A stretch of 63,954 nucleotides of DNA, filler included, from Trypethelium eluteriae (lineage: Eukaryota), in NCBI GenBank assembly GCA_051942245.1. It is 3 parts of 3 records of this genome, joined end to end, with 100 filler letters (N's around TTAATTAATTAA, not from the genome) between each part and the next. Parts side by side here need not be neighbours in the genome. Positions count along the whole stretch, not along the records: positions 1 to 21,355 come from JAVECL010000474.1; 2 more parts are not named here. The stretch is one strand, 5' to 3'. A program made the position numbers and the translations under genes. Position 1 is the first letter of the stretch; the number at the start of each line of letters is the position of its first letter. The notes under the pieces are model-generated. The model was given only the letters and a program-made list of their open reading frames with translations. It was not told where the DNA came from and searched no databases. Positions 1 through 12,416 of this stretch are shown here, in pieces.

Positions 1-612
1 GAGGAAGAGGGGGAAGGGGAGGTAGCGGGTGGAGCTGGTGTATATATGGGGGAGATTTTGATATTTACGATGTATTTGATGAAAATAGGTGGAATACTTG
101 TACAATCTTAGGGTTTTTGGATGGGGTTGGATTGGAGAAAGAATCTTTCATCTGGCCAGTCTGCACTGTGCAATCTATTGGCTACTACTTCTGGGGGCAT
201 TTCCCGGAGTCGTTGGGACAGGGGCTGAAAAAATTGCATTTCCTATCCTACTCCTGATTTTGGTATTATACGTCTGGAAAAGGCCCGTTCGCTTGCTTCG
301 TCCGTTGTACAGTACGTTGAAGATCACGTCCTTCTCCCAATGACCTCGGAAGGAGCCATAGCCATCGTTGACGGTGAAATCGTCTCACCAACTATCTGAA
401 AACAGTGTTCCCAACTTTGTAGCAGTCCCTTGGCGCCCGGAGCGAAGTCTCCATCCGAACCCTTCTCTTCGACTGGCGTCAAATGTCCGTACTATTCCAG
501 AGTCCCACCTGACAGTAGAGTCAAAAACCAAGCCTTTAGTACTGAAAATCTTGGCTCCTGATCAAGAAGAAAAGCCAGTGTGATGACGTTTGCTGTGCCA
601 TCCAATGCCAAT

Positions 613-1740
613 TCATACTGAATATGAAGAATTGAGCTGAATCTCCTTCAATGGCTCGTGATCGATTGGAGAAAGTGCCCCGGTGTCCTCAGCTGAAAGG
701 GACTTGTCCGCGAAATCATCGTTCTCCTCGTTGAACGCTGATACATTCGCAGGATGGACTGATTGGTTCCTCATTAATTCGGACTGCTCCGACTTGTGTA
801 CGTCGAGTGGTATTTCGGTAAATGTGGGATCGACCGGAATGTGATTCATCTGATTCGCCAAGAGGTTTGTACTTTTCGGGCTTTGGTGAGTCTTTGGTAT
901 AATAACGTCCTCTGCCTTCACTTCGCTCCGGAGCAATGAGCATTTTCTTTTACGCCTTGTCTTTAAATTATGGTCATTCCTGGTGTAGCCTCTTTTCTTG
1001 TGCCGGGTCGGGTACTTGCAATCAATTAACCCCCTTATATGAGTCAAGGCAAATATCAATCTGCAGTGGATCATAACGAGCAAGCCATAGTCGCGGGGTA
1101 TAGTGTTCAGATCAATTCCAAAAGCGTCGCGGGCGATGACTGATTTCTCACAGTGTTCCGCCTCTAGAAATTTGAAGATGGCTTCCTCACTGGCATCGTC
1201 CTTGACTGACCCTTCGCTATCCGATCCATCATCTTCGCGAGAGTCACTGCTGATAGCCCCATTTGCATTCCCTTGAAGTTTCAGCTGAGAATGGTCATTA
1301 ATCTCCGACCTTGAGATGGATGATCGCTTCTGCTCAGACTGGTCCTTCGATTTGCTTGATATATCGGCACCTCTTTCCAAATTCCCACTTCTCTCTTCTG
1401 CACTAGAAATGCCCTCTGAGGCGCGTCCGTCGGTTCCTAGTGCCGACCCAAGCCCTATCACTGGACTCGTCACTTCTTGCTGATGGCCAGTCCACATCTT
1501 CAGCCTATTACATATTTTCTTCGACTTCTTCATCCACACTTTGTACAAGTCGTCCCTCAATTGCTCTGCTTGGCAAACCCCGCATCTTGACTCCGATGTG
1601 AACTCCAACGAAGCTACACCCCGACATCTCACTTGAGGCTGGTCAGAGGGCTCGTGCCACCGCACGGCGCCACGACATTGGGAAAGTCGATGAGTCGTGG
1701 TGTGCCAACAGGTGTATGTGTAGCTATGGATGCGACACAT
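613..1740 (-). CDS. Hypothetical protein with an N-terminal Cys/His-rich putative Zn-binding motif
   Basis: 375-aa single-exon ORF starting MCRIHSYTYTCWH...CRG...C...CGVC, an MC-x-C-x-H pattern common in uncharacterised fungal proteins, followed by low-complexity sequence. Confidence 0.65.
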   Translation of the reverse strand: MCRIHSYTYTCWHTTTHRLSQCRGAVRWHEPSDQPQVRCRGVASLEFTSESRCGVCQAEQLRDDLYKVWMKKSKKICNRLKMWTGHQQEVTSPVIGLGSALGTDGRASEGISSAEERSGNLERGADISSKSKDQSEQKRSSISRSEINDHSQLKLQGNANGAISSDSREDDGSDSEGSVKDDASEEAIFKFLEAEHCEKSVIARDAFGIDLNTIPRDYGLLVMIHCRLIFALTHIRGLIDCKYPTRHKKRGYTRNDHNLKTRRKRKCSLLRSEVKAEDVIIPKTHQSPKSTNLLANQMNHIPVDPTFTEIPLDVHKSEQSELMRNQSVHPANVSAFNEENDDFADKSLSAEDTGALSPIDHEPLKEIQLNSSYSV

Positions 1741-2801
1741 GATGTTGCTCTAGCTCGACAAGTCCTGAGAAGGGAGGATAGTGAGCAGCTCTGGTGTCAC
1801 GGGAGGTTCGAAAGAGAATAGAGAAGCCTAGCGAGAAATGCGAGACAGAAAAGAGGTCAGAGGAACTGAGTCTGCGTCTCAGGAAGATAGATTGACTAAG
1901 CTCGAGGAAGTGTCAATCGGCAACGAGATAACTGTGGAGCGAGAATCTGGAGCGTGTAAAGCTAGTGAAAGCAGCCAGCGGTTCGTTGTAGGAATAATCA
2001 GCCACTATCCGGGAGCACGACCGAGGAAGCAATAGGGACGGTTGGCTCAAATTGCGCAGCTTTTAGCTAAGACGCATGATTTTCCCTGTGCGATTCGATA
2101 GGCGTCGGTAAAGGCGTGGGAACTGCACTGGGTTAATGAACCAAGACAGCCTCTGAAGTGGCGCGTTGAGTTGTGTAGCAATATTTAGCGATGCTGACGC
2201 TAGCACTGGAACTGAAAGGTATCAATGGGATCTTGAGGACCTCCGTGGGTCAAAACGTGCTGGACCAAATTCACTTGAAGTGCTTGGTCGCGAATGACTG
2301 CCCTAAACTTTAAATCAGTATCTGCCTGTTCAGGAAAGTGCGAACAAACAAGATCCGCAATGAGTCTCCTTTCGGTCACGCGCTTGCCATTGTCGTAAAT
2401 CAGAAATTACGTGTGTGAGTTCGTAGATGGTTCTGTGACCCTGTGGTTCATCCATAGAGGTAAAACCCAGCATGGCTTGGGTGGATCTGATTGTAAGAGT
2501 TCCGACGGGAGAGGAGCAAAGAGTGCGGCGAGCGAGTGTGATGGTTCAATTTTCACCCATGGGAAGAGCGAGCGAGAAGAGTTCCACATCTTTAATAGGT
2601 GTCGGATATCAAGGATGAAATATTACACATAAGGCGTCCTCCCAGGTACCGTTCTAGCCTGTTACCCAAAAGCCTGCCCAAATGCAGCGTCAGGCATCGC
2701 ACAAAGAAATAACTATACCCAGGCTCTAGGTCCGATGCTGGTCGTGAATCGCTCATAAACATTAAAATAGACAGAGTAGCCTCCACAAAAAAAACTTTTC
2801 C

Positions 2802-5205
2802 TCAATAGCCGATTCGCGGAGGTGGAGCGGAATCATCCTCAGCGTCTTGACTTGTTCGTCCTGTATGTCGTTGCATTGCATCAAATGTAGACGCCCATTC
2901 TCCTCCTCTTTTTGGCTTCTGCTTCGCTGGCGTGGCTGCATTGCTTGTTGTAGAACTAAAAAACCGAGCAAATTTGCTTCTTAGACGTGTCGTCTCCCCA
3001 TTTCTTATATCCGCGTTCTTCTTCCGGCCGCGGTCTTCGTCTAGGTGAGGTAATGGTGGCTCCTTGCCAGCATATTCCCACGGTGTGACTGTTCCGTCCC
3101 GCTTAAGTTCGCTGCTGATTTGTCGCTTAAGACTATGAGCATTCGACGCACCGCTGCTACTGTGCAGCTCTCTAGATGGGCTAGTTACAACGTTCGTTGT
3201 TTGTGGTGCTCCAGTGGCACTACGTTTTCGTAGTCCCGTAACTTTGCCATTGGTACCATCACCATCAGGGAGTGCTTCATCAGCCGCCGGCCGATGATAT
3301 ATCGCTGCAAGCCCATTGGTAAGACCCACAGTCTTCGTTTGAGTCAGTGCGTATGCGTCTTCACCCCTTTGTGAAGGTTGATTGCCCCATGCTGCCTTGG
3401 TTACATCGATACTTTTCCTGGGTATTGGGTCGTCTCTATCAAGGTCATTGCTTTGTCGCACTGGCATGCTCGTACCTGGTCTCGACGGAACCGACGGAAT
3501 GGATGGAGCTTTGATGGAGGACTGAGACGCGGAGCGAATCCTCGAAACAAGCGACTGACCGCGAGACTTGGTAGAGGCGGTGGGCGTATTTTGGGCGGAA
3601 GGTGCCGAGGGTTTGTTCACAGGCGTAGATCTAGGAAAGGAGGCCAAATTGGGCGCCGCAGGCGGCTGAACAGGTGTGTGCCGAATGCACTCATGATTAC
3701 CATGTCGACTAGACGTCCGTGGGGGATGAGGGGAAATAATGGTCTGCGCGTGGTCAGAGTGGTTTCTGCGGTGAGCGATTCTTGGATGAGGCGGTAACTC
3801 ATTAGGTGGGAGCTCGATAGGTGACTGTGGTTGTGATCCAGAAGCTGACCCTATCGCCGGTCGAGAACGAGCATGCTGAGAATCAGCACTTGGCCTCATT
3901 AAACTGGCAATATGGGTAGACGGTGTTGTCGGCTCCGGCTCCGGCTCCGGCTCTTGCCAATTGTCCAGACTTGGAAGCGGAGGAAGTTCCCGGTTGAGGT
4001 TGATTTCTGGCTTGGTTGTAGAACGACCCCGATTGCTTTCGTCGCGACCACTTGATCTACCGTCTCGACTACCCGGTCGACTCTCATGGCGGGTGCTCTT
4101 ATTTCTTGTCAAGCTCCAGCTTCGCCATTTACCGGCGGTCGGGCTTCTTTGGCGGTCCGACTTGAGACTCCTGAACGACTCCCGAGACGAAGAGCGGCTC
4201 CCATGTGGTGCTCCTGGTCTGATGTAGTTTTGTACGGCGTCTTTGATACTTCTTGCTCGGCTGGTGCTTCTGGCACGGCTCGGTGGTCTTTCAGTAACGC
4301 CAGCCGTGTATGGTACTGGAGCCGGGGTCTGGGTGTTGAGCTGTACATCTCTTTTGCTCTCCTGATTTCTCCGCTTGTCCCTCTCAATTCGTAACCATTC
4401 TGCTGCAGCTTCATCAGTACGTGAAGAAACCTCCTGTTCACTTAGGACATGTTGATTAGAGCCGCGGTTTGAAGAACGCGCAGGCGTGATAGCCTCGGAA
4501 GTCGGAGCAGTTGAGGTAGCCCAAGGCATATCACTCGAACCAGTATGTGGAGTTGAGGTCGCAGTGTCGCACGATTCTGCATGTGCAGAAGTCTTCGTCC
4601 GTGTATCTGAAGGTTGGACCAAGTCCGGTGCAGTAGGAGCGGTGAACGACTTCTGCCTGCCTTTTGGCCTCGGACCCTCCGTTGACAGACCCATTGGCTC
4701 CCTCCGACGGCCAATATTCGCAGGCGCTGCCTGTGCACTGCCGACTGGCTCTCCAAGCAGATCCTTAAGGTCAGCATCGGGTTTATAGGAGAATTTGCTC
4801 GGCTCAAGCATCTCGAAGTCGGTCAGGGCGCCCTCTGATTCCGAATGTTGAACATCTGAACCACCTCTTGCGTGGGATTTTTCGCCCTTGGCCCGTGAAG
4901 GTCGTTGTGGAGGTGGATTCAGCCCAGAGCCGGACGGCTTGGAATCGCGGCCGAGTGCCGCGCATGCTTGACGAAGCTGGTACTCAGTCTTAGGGGAGAG
5001 CGGTGGATCTCGAACACTGAAGGCCTGTGGAGGTGGACTTAGTTGGTCGGGATCCAGGGTTTGCCGTAAGGCTTTATCCTGAGACCTAGAGGGCAGTTTC
5101 TGCAGGAGTTCCTATCAGCAACGTCTTGGTAACGTCAAGTAAATACAACAAGCGTACCAACGGAGCAACATTGATGCCCAATTTCCTCCGCATTCGAGAT
5201 GTCAT
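2802..5205 (-). CDS. Hypothetical Ser/Pro/Arg-rich, largely disordered protein (~781 aa, 2 exons)
   Basis: The listed 669-aa frame stays open upstream to 5099. Intron 5100-5157 (GTACGC...GCTGAT...CAG) joins a 16-codon exon 1 (ATG 5205, MTSRMRRKLGINVAPL) in frame. Contains PLSPKTEYQLRQACA and INLNRELPPLPSLDNW segments. Confidence 0.75.
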
Positions 5206-6683
5206 TGTGTCGTTGCGACGATTGGTGTAGGTCGAAAAGAGAGCTCTGGAGGCTGGTTCTACAGCAGCAGTTCACGCATTTGGGGTAAGACAGTACGATC
5301 TGCAGAGGGGCGCGTGCTCGGAGAAAATTGGGAGTAACGGAACAGTCTCGATCCCGTGAAACTAGCGCCAAAGTCGGACAACGAGGTATTAGTACCCTCT
5401 GACGCCAAGATGTCGACAACTGGAGGGGAACCGATGGGTGGATGGATAACTGTGGAACTGACGACACGGAGTTAAAAATAGCCGGTGCCAGCGAAGTCTT
5501 CATGTACGACAGAAACGAAACGCCGAGACAATGGAGGTGGAGACGGGCAGCTGCAGAACAAGGAGGACGAGCTGCACCCCCAGGAAGTTCGGGGATTTGG
5601 CAAGCTGGGTCTGTGTCAGATGGGTCAGATGGATCAGATGGAAGGAAGCGACAGCGGCCAACCGTCAAGTACCTTATCCCGTACCATACAGTACTCCGTA
5701 CAGTAGTTTAAGCCCCGTCCGTGTCCTGCAGACCGCAATCCGGAAATTTCCACGCGAAACATAAGGTAGGCCCAATGACCAGGGTCAAGGAGCGGTGCCA
5801 AACGAAAGGCACGTTATCTGGATTTAATATAAACCTCTCTGGCAGCAAGAACAGAGACTCTTTGCTTGCTTCACCAGACGTCGCATGAAAATGTTGATGT
5901 ACGTTTCTCACCGAGTGGCTTGCGCGAATGCCGGCATGAACCACACGAACCACTCAGCTGGCGAACCTAATCCCCCCTAATGCCGTCCCCGGCCCAACGA
6001 CTCTACGCTCCTATTCGACCTGCTCCTCAGCCCTGATTTTCGGCCCAACTCATCCTACTGCCTATGAAACGCTTTCCAGAGCTTCTTCCGCCATCTCAAC
6101 CCCGGCCTCCCTGTCATCTTGAAACCAACTCGTGTTCCCTGCGCAGGCACGGCAGGTCTAGCCTTGAGCTCGTCATTCTTGCGACCTCTGGGATGAGTTC
6201 ATCACCGACGAGCCACGCAGCACACGCAGCATCTTTCGCGCAGAATTCCCTAGCTTCGAACTCTGCGCCCTTTTCGCTGCCGCTTCTGTTGGTCATAAAT
6301 CACCGTCGATGGTAGCACCGTAGTGTAAGCATCGACAGATCCGAGATCGAAGCTTCGAACGATCCCTTTAGGTCGATAAGCGAAGATGCATCTGGACGCT
6401 TTCCACGAACACTAGTACTGTTAACTGGCGGACATATAAAAGTACGGGCTTGTCCGGCCAGCCAATTGTATTTCCCTCTTGGCCAATGGACTGCTACAGG
6501 TAAACATGAGCGCGCGATGCGTCAGCCGGATGACCAGTAAGCACAGAAGCCACTTTCCCCACGGGTTCGCCTTCCGGATTAAGTAAGAATATTACTCGCT
6601 CAAGTCGAAATTACACAAACACTTGACTCTCCAAGTTGAGGAAATTGCTGGATATCGTTTCTCTCTGATAATGATGACTTCGT

Positions 6684-8401
6684 CTAGAGCTTCGGCCCAA
6701 TCTCTTTAGCTGCGATTTCTCGCAATAGCCTCTTCAAGATTTTGCCACTTGCATTCTTTGGTATCGCGTCAGTGAAGACTACGCCTCCTTCCAAACGCTT
6801 GTAACCCGCCAGTCTGGATGCAACAAATTGCTGCACATCGCGTTCCGTGAGCGAGGCACCAGCACTTCCGGGCTTTCGAACGATGTATGCGCGTGGAAAT
6901 TCCGATCCATCGCGCTCAAACTTCACCCCGATAACAGCTGCGTCTGCTATCCCGGGATGACCCAGCAGCACCCCTTCTAGCTCGGCCGGAGCGACCTGAA
7001 AAGCCCGCACCTTTATCAGCTCCTTCTTCCTATCCACCAGAAACCAGAGACCAGTTTCGCTCTTGCGCACTCCAATATCGCCAGTATGAAAGTATCCATC
7101 CGCATCCCAGTCCCGTCGATTGACCTCACCCTCTTCCGACCCCAAATATCCCAGAATAACGCCCGGCCCATGCACGCAGATTTCTCCAGTGACGTCGTAC
7201 CCCGTGACATCGTTCCCCTCATCATCCACAATCTTCATATCCATGTGCTGTTTTGCGCGCCCCACACTCCCCGTCTCATCCTGCTCATGCCAATCAAACG
7301 ACGTCGCGACACAGCACGTCTCCGTCATCCCCCACACCTGTGTGAACCGCGCCTCCGGCTTCAGCAACCCAATAAACCGCTTCTGCTGCTCCTTGTCGAG
7401 AGGCGCCGCCCCGGTGAACCCGTTCTCCAGGCTCCGCAGCGAGTACTTGCGGGTGAGCGCAGGAGCATTGAGCACGGCGTTGATCATGGGCGGCACCAAG
7501 ATCAGGTCCGTGATCTGGTATTTGTCGATGGCGGCGAGGAACTCTTCGAGTGCGAACCGTCGCTGGATGTAGCACATTTCACCGGAGCGCAACACGCCGG
7601 TGTGGACGAGGGGGGCGACGGCGGCGTGAAAGAAGGGGAGGGGGACGAGCCGGCGTATCTGGCGAGTTGGCCGCGTCTTTTCCCAGCACACGGTATGCTG
7701 GACGACGAAGTTGCGGTGCGAGATCATGGCGGCTTTGGGGAGGCCGGTGGTGCCGCTGGAGAAGAGGCGAGCGGCCTCAGTGGTGGACTAGAGGGCTGTC
7801 AATACTCTGTGCTATGGCCATCCAGCAAGAGGGATTTCGAGGAGCATGCCTGAGTTTTTTCATCGTTGAAGCTAACCCAGTCCTCCTCGCCATGGGACAT
7901 CAATGTTCGCCATGATCGGAAATGCTTCGAGATAGTTTCAGCGTCTCCCGCTTGTCGGCCCTCATCTAGGAGGACAATACGTGAATCCGGGATGTCGACC
8001 TCTTTAGCAGCTTTACGAAGCGAATCCAGTATCTCAGGCTCAGCAACAAGAAATTTAGCACGAGCGGTCTTGAGATGGTGCTTGAGCTCGAAGGGCGTGT
8101 ATGCCGGGTTAGTGCCTGCAAAAATTCCGCCAAAGGCTATGATTCCTAGCACTATTATAGGATAATATATGCTGTTAAAAGCATGAATAGTTACACAGTC
8201 GCCTGGCTTGAGTCCAGCTTTGCGGAAACCAGCGCATAACTTTCGCACAAGAGATCGAGCTTGTTTTGCGGTGATATGGTTTGATGGGTTTGTAGCCTCA
8301 AGGAAGATCGGTTGATCGATATCATACTTTGGCTCATCGAAAATCCATGAGCAGATGTCCTGAGTTGGCAATGGACAAGACTTGTCTGCAAGAAATGGCA
8401 T
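6684..8401 (-). CDS. 4-coumarate-CoA ligase-like acyl-CoA synthetase (AMP-binding/ANL family), probably peroxisomal
   Basis: Exons 8401-7850 and 7787-6684 give 551 aa with FSSGTTGLPK, QVWGMTE, YFHTGD, DRKKELIKV and PKNASGKILK motifs. C-terminal -PKL resembles PTS1. Confidence 0.93.
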
Positions 8402-10602
8402 GTTTTAGGAGCTCAGAAGACGTTGGAGATATGCGAGTAACCATTCACAACATGTGATATGGTTAAGCAAAAGCTTTTCACTTCTCGAGCAAACTCGGTT
8501 TTTGCATCACATTTAGGGCGAATGGAGAACGCTGAGGCTGAGATGTCTCAGCTCCAGCTCGCCCCAGACGTTTTACGGCCGTTGAGGTTTTTTGGGGTTG
8601 AGATTTGTATGTCCCGCAATCTCGATACGGGAAACCGGTGTGAGTAGCACGGGACCAATCCCCTTTGAGGTACCGCTACCACTCGGTATCCCCGTCGCCT
8701 GAATCAGAAGGCTCACACGAGCGGGAGTTGGAGTTGCAGGTCAACCACTTAAATATTGTTACATAAGGTAGCTCCTATTACCTAGTCAACAGTATTCGTT
8801 TTCTCCTAACCTAATTATTTGTCCGACGGAGTTTTTCTGTCTTCCTTCCGTGTCACCAACCTAAAACGAAATGCTGATCTTACCCTAATGCATGAGCAGA
8901 AAGTGGTCATGTGGAGCTGTCAGTGATTTGGTTCTTGCTAAATGCTATCGTAACCGATATCCAGCATGATATGCCAAAGCACCAACACTACGTCAATAAA
9001 AGTATTGGCTCGATTTTCGTTGCGGAAGTAAAGTCGTTTGGTTTACCGCAATAATCACAGTACTTACAGAATCAGACTGCATGTAGCATGGCTTAGGCTG
9101 TCTCCAGAATGCCTAAACCCTGAGACAGAACACCTTCGGCACTTTCACAGCGGCCAGGTCTTTAACTTGTTTGGCCTGGAATCCGAGTAACAATTGGAGG
9201 GAGTATCGGCACGAGGTAGAGTAACCCCGGATCGTTTCACGTATGGAAATCATTCGCGATGACCACGCCACCCCTGCAGCTGCAGATAGGCACAATCCGA
9301 ATGCATCTTGGGACTAGGATATCGGCAATTGCCAAGTTCAAACGCTTTAGGAGCTGTTGACCAAACCTATGAACAGACGGAAAATCTTGTTCATTACTAC
9401 CTTCGTGACACGACAGGATTACTGGTGTAGAGGTAATCGATGCTGCAATGACGATCATTAGATTTGGTACTTTTTATTCTTCTCGAGTCCAATTAAAGTT
9501 TTCGATTAAGAACATCAGCTTTGAGATAGGCTCTGATAATCTTCAACGCCAGTCAGTGAAAGTCAGCTTAGGTTTTCTAAGCGCTAAAGAAGTAGAGCCG
9601 ATAGTTGAAGATCTGTTACTATTCAGTGGGGTTCGAAGAAGATATCGTCCCGTGTCTTGGATCAACGGACGCCTCTATCAATGACGACTGATGCTGATTG
9701 GGTAGAACTGGATAGGCTTTTATCGAAGCTTCCTGACTGGCTCTTAAATGTCTACTTCGTGACATCGGCAACCACCAAAGATTCTTTGAATCTGCGCACC
9801 ACACTCAGCTAAGTGTCTAGACGCTTGGCATAATGGATCCTAATCTAAGGTTCTGCCACTATTGTTGCCGATCTTCGTTCTTATCTTTCTTCTATTAACC
9901 TTCAAATCGGCTGTATCTAATGTTTTAAAACCGAAGTTTGCTGCTCCCCCGACATATGCTGTCGAGCAAAAACTCAGTGTAGACCCTGATCTCTTCTGAA
10001 TCATGTCTAATTACAGCGAGTCTTTTAATGTATTTTGCAGTACTATGGCGCCATACGTTCATTTCTAATAATGGAGCAGAGTCGTGAAGGAAGTGATTAC
10101 CAGGACAGCAAAGTTTCCAGCAACTACAATGTAAGAACTCCCACGGTATCGAGAAAGTGTTTGTAATCCCAAGAACGCTTCAATTGGGTGCTGGAATGAT
10201 TTCGAAGGGCAGGGTGTATAGAGTTAGCATATTCTATTGGTCGTGCCTGATAAAACGGAGTGATTTCGGGTAACACGAATGCAAGGACGCCCTATGTGTG
10301 GGCAGCTCCTTCCTGACGAACTTGAAGGCGTTCTCGATAAGGCATGGAGGTTCATGCTGACATTACTATCAGGAGCCGGAGAACCACGGGTCAGATGAGC
10401 GTGCAGGAGGCTCTTCGTCTTACAACACGGTAGGGCGATCCCCATTGGTTACTCAGATCGCAATCCCATTCTGATGCATGACTAGGCGGCCGGGGGTGAT
10501 CGGGTAGGTGGGTTCAGTGAAAGTAGCTACGCTGTAGGTCCTTTCGTGTCTTCTTGCATCGTTCCCTCAGCCTTCCTCCTTCGCCAAACCAATTCTTCTG
10601 AA

Positions 10603-11142
10603 ATGCCCACCATCCAGGAGCCCGGAAACTACGGGTCTGGGACCTCTTCTGGCCCAGGCTTTGGAAATAAGACGAGTGGAGACTCCTCCGAGACCTTTGG
10701 TACCGACGATACTCGATTCGGTTCTCATGGGAATACTGACTCGTATTCTGGGGGTACCGACTACGGCTCAGGCACAACAGCTGGTGTAGGCTTCGGCAAC
10801 AAAAGCGCCAGAGACGGTGACTATAGCCAAGAACATGAAGTGACAAGGTATGGCAGTGGTGGAGAGACTGGAGCGTATGCCGGAGGAACAGAATATGGAA
10901 GTGGAACCACTGGTGGTGCTGGATTTGGCAACAAAACCAGCGGGAGCGGAGGTGAATCGAATGGTATGCTGATGTCTAAACCCATGAATGATGACTCCCT
11001 CACTCACTTGCTCGTAGATTCATTTGCTGGAAAAGTGATGGAGAAGGCCGGGAACATGTTGCATAACGAGAGCTTAGCTGAGAAAGGCCGCGAGAAGCGG
11101 GAGGAGAAAGGCTTCGGCCAGTCTGGAGAGGGAAACGTCTGA
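10603..11142 (+). CDS. Small Gly-rich hydrophilic repeat protein with a CsbD-like tail (putative stress/conidiation protein)
   Basis: ATG 10603; three YGSGTxxGxGFGNK repeats; likely intron 10964-11017 (GTATGC...TAG); tail DSFAGKVMEKAGNMLHNESLAEKGREKR. Confidence 0.75.
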   Translation: MPTIQEPGNYGSGTSSGPGFGNKTSGDSSETFGTDDTRFGSHGNTDSYSGGTDYGSGTTAGVGFGNKSARDGDYSQEHEVTRYGSGGETGAYAGGTEYGSGTTGGAGFGNKTSGSGGESNGMLMSKPMNDDSLTHLLVDSFAGKVMEKAGNMLHNESLAEKGREKREEKGFGQSGEGNV

Positions 11143-11312
11143 TACAGTAGCAGTAAACGTGTGGTTGTCCAGTTGTTATGTTGTGTATTTATCAGTGGAA
11201 TTTGTCTGCCGATCGATACTTCTGATGAGTCTATCTTTTTGTCAATCCTTCCCTGAACTTGAGCAAAACCCTCAGTCACACCGCAGTGCTCTAGATAAAA
11301 TGCTTTGAACGC

Positions 11313-12171
11313 TCATCGCACATATCTGCCCTATAGGAAACATTAGTGTTTGACCAACTACTCAACGGCACAAGACATACCATGAATCGCTTGTGGAAGT
11401 CACTCCTTAGCAAGTCATTCACAAACTCCTTGCTCTTCCCCTTCTCCTCCGTCCCTCTGGCCTGATTCTTAAATACCACGTCCTCATCCCATCTCCTTTT
11501 GACACTGAAGTCTTTCGGATTCAGTAGTGGATTCCCCCTGGCAATATCAAATTCTCGCTTCTCCTCTTCTTTGGCAGCTCGTTCGGCATCCTCCTTCGCC
11601 TTCTGTTCCGCACGCTCCTTTTTGATCTTCTCTAGCTCGCGCATGAGCACAGCCTCCTCATCTTCCTCGTCTGACTCATCCTCATCCTCATCATCTTCCT
11701 CATCACTGCTGATCTCCGAGTCACGGTCAATATCTGCGGCCTCTTCAAGTATTAATCGTCGTCGCTTCGCCTCTGGGTCCTCCCCACTATCGTCACTCTC
11801 GTCGTCTGCACTCCTCTTTCCTTCTCTTACAACGCCGTCCTCGATTGCAAGCTGATTTTTTGCTCCTTCGATTGCTCCCGCAGAAGATGCAGCTGGGCCG
11901 CCAGTTACACTCTTGCCTTTCTTTGCAAAATACGCTGCTTCGGCTTCCAGCAACTCCGCGCGCAAGTCCCGTTGGGAGTTCTCGGCCTCGTTGCCTTGTC
12001 CTGACTGACGATGCTTAAGGGTTTTGTACGCAGGAAGAAGACGTTGATGGTAGGCCGGGCCGCGGAGCGGATCTTTGCCACGTGCCTAGCAATGGATAAA
12101 CAAAAGGCTTTGCTATTTGATGGGAAAACTCAGCTTACGGGGTCGAACGTGGGTCTATGTGCTGTCGTCAT
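11313..12171 (-). CDS. CWC15: Pre-mRNA splicing factor Cwc15/Cwf15
   Basis: Exons 12171-12139, 12085-11381, 11330-11313. N-terminal MTTAHRPTFDPARG and C-terminal VKRRWDEDVVFKNQARG...FVNDLLRSDFHKRFMGRYVR are the Cwc15 signatures. Confidence 0.96.
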
Positions 12172-12416
12172 AGTGCAAAAATTTTGGATCTAACAAGCAA
12201 GACCGAGAAATCTGTAGCGGAGGTGGGCTTTGGAAGCGTAGTAAAGCAGTGATGCGGAGAGTGGAAGGCAAGGCGGTGGCAGAAAAGTTGGTGTTTGGCA
12301 TTTAAGATAGGGTACTCTATCTTGTAGAGATATCTAAGGCAGGCATTCGAGAATTCACACCCGCCTCCACTGGGTTTGTCACCATCATGTTCACTTTCCC
12401 ACAGTGACAAGCGAAA

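Noticed and set aside
7086..7853. 255-aa + strand ORF opposite the CoA ligase (likewise same-strand alternate-frame 33026-33805 and antisense 56531-57166)
   Set aside because: Overlapping-frame artefacts of GC-rich coding sequence inside well-supported genes
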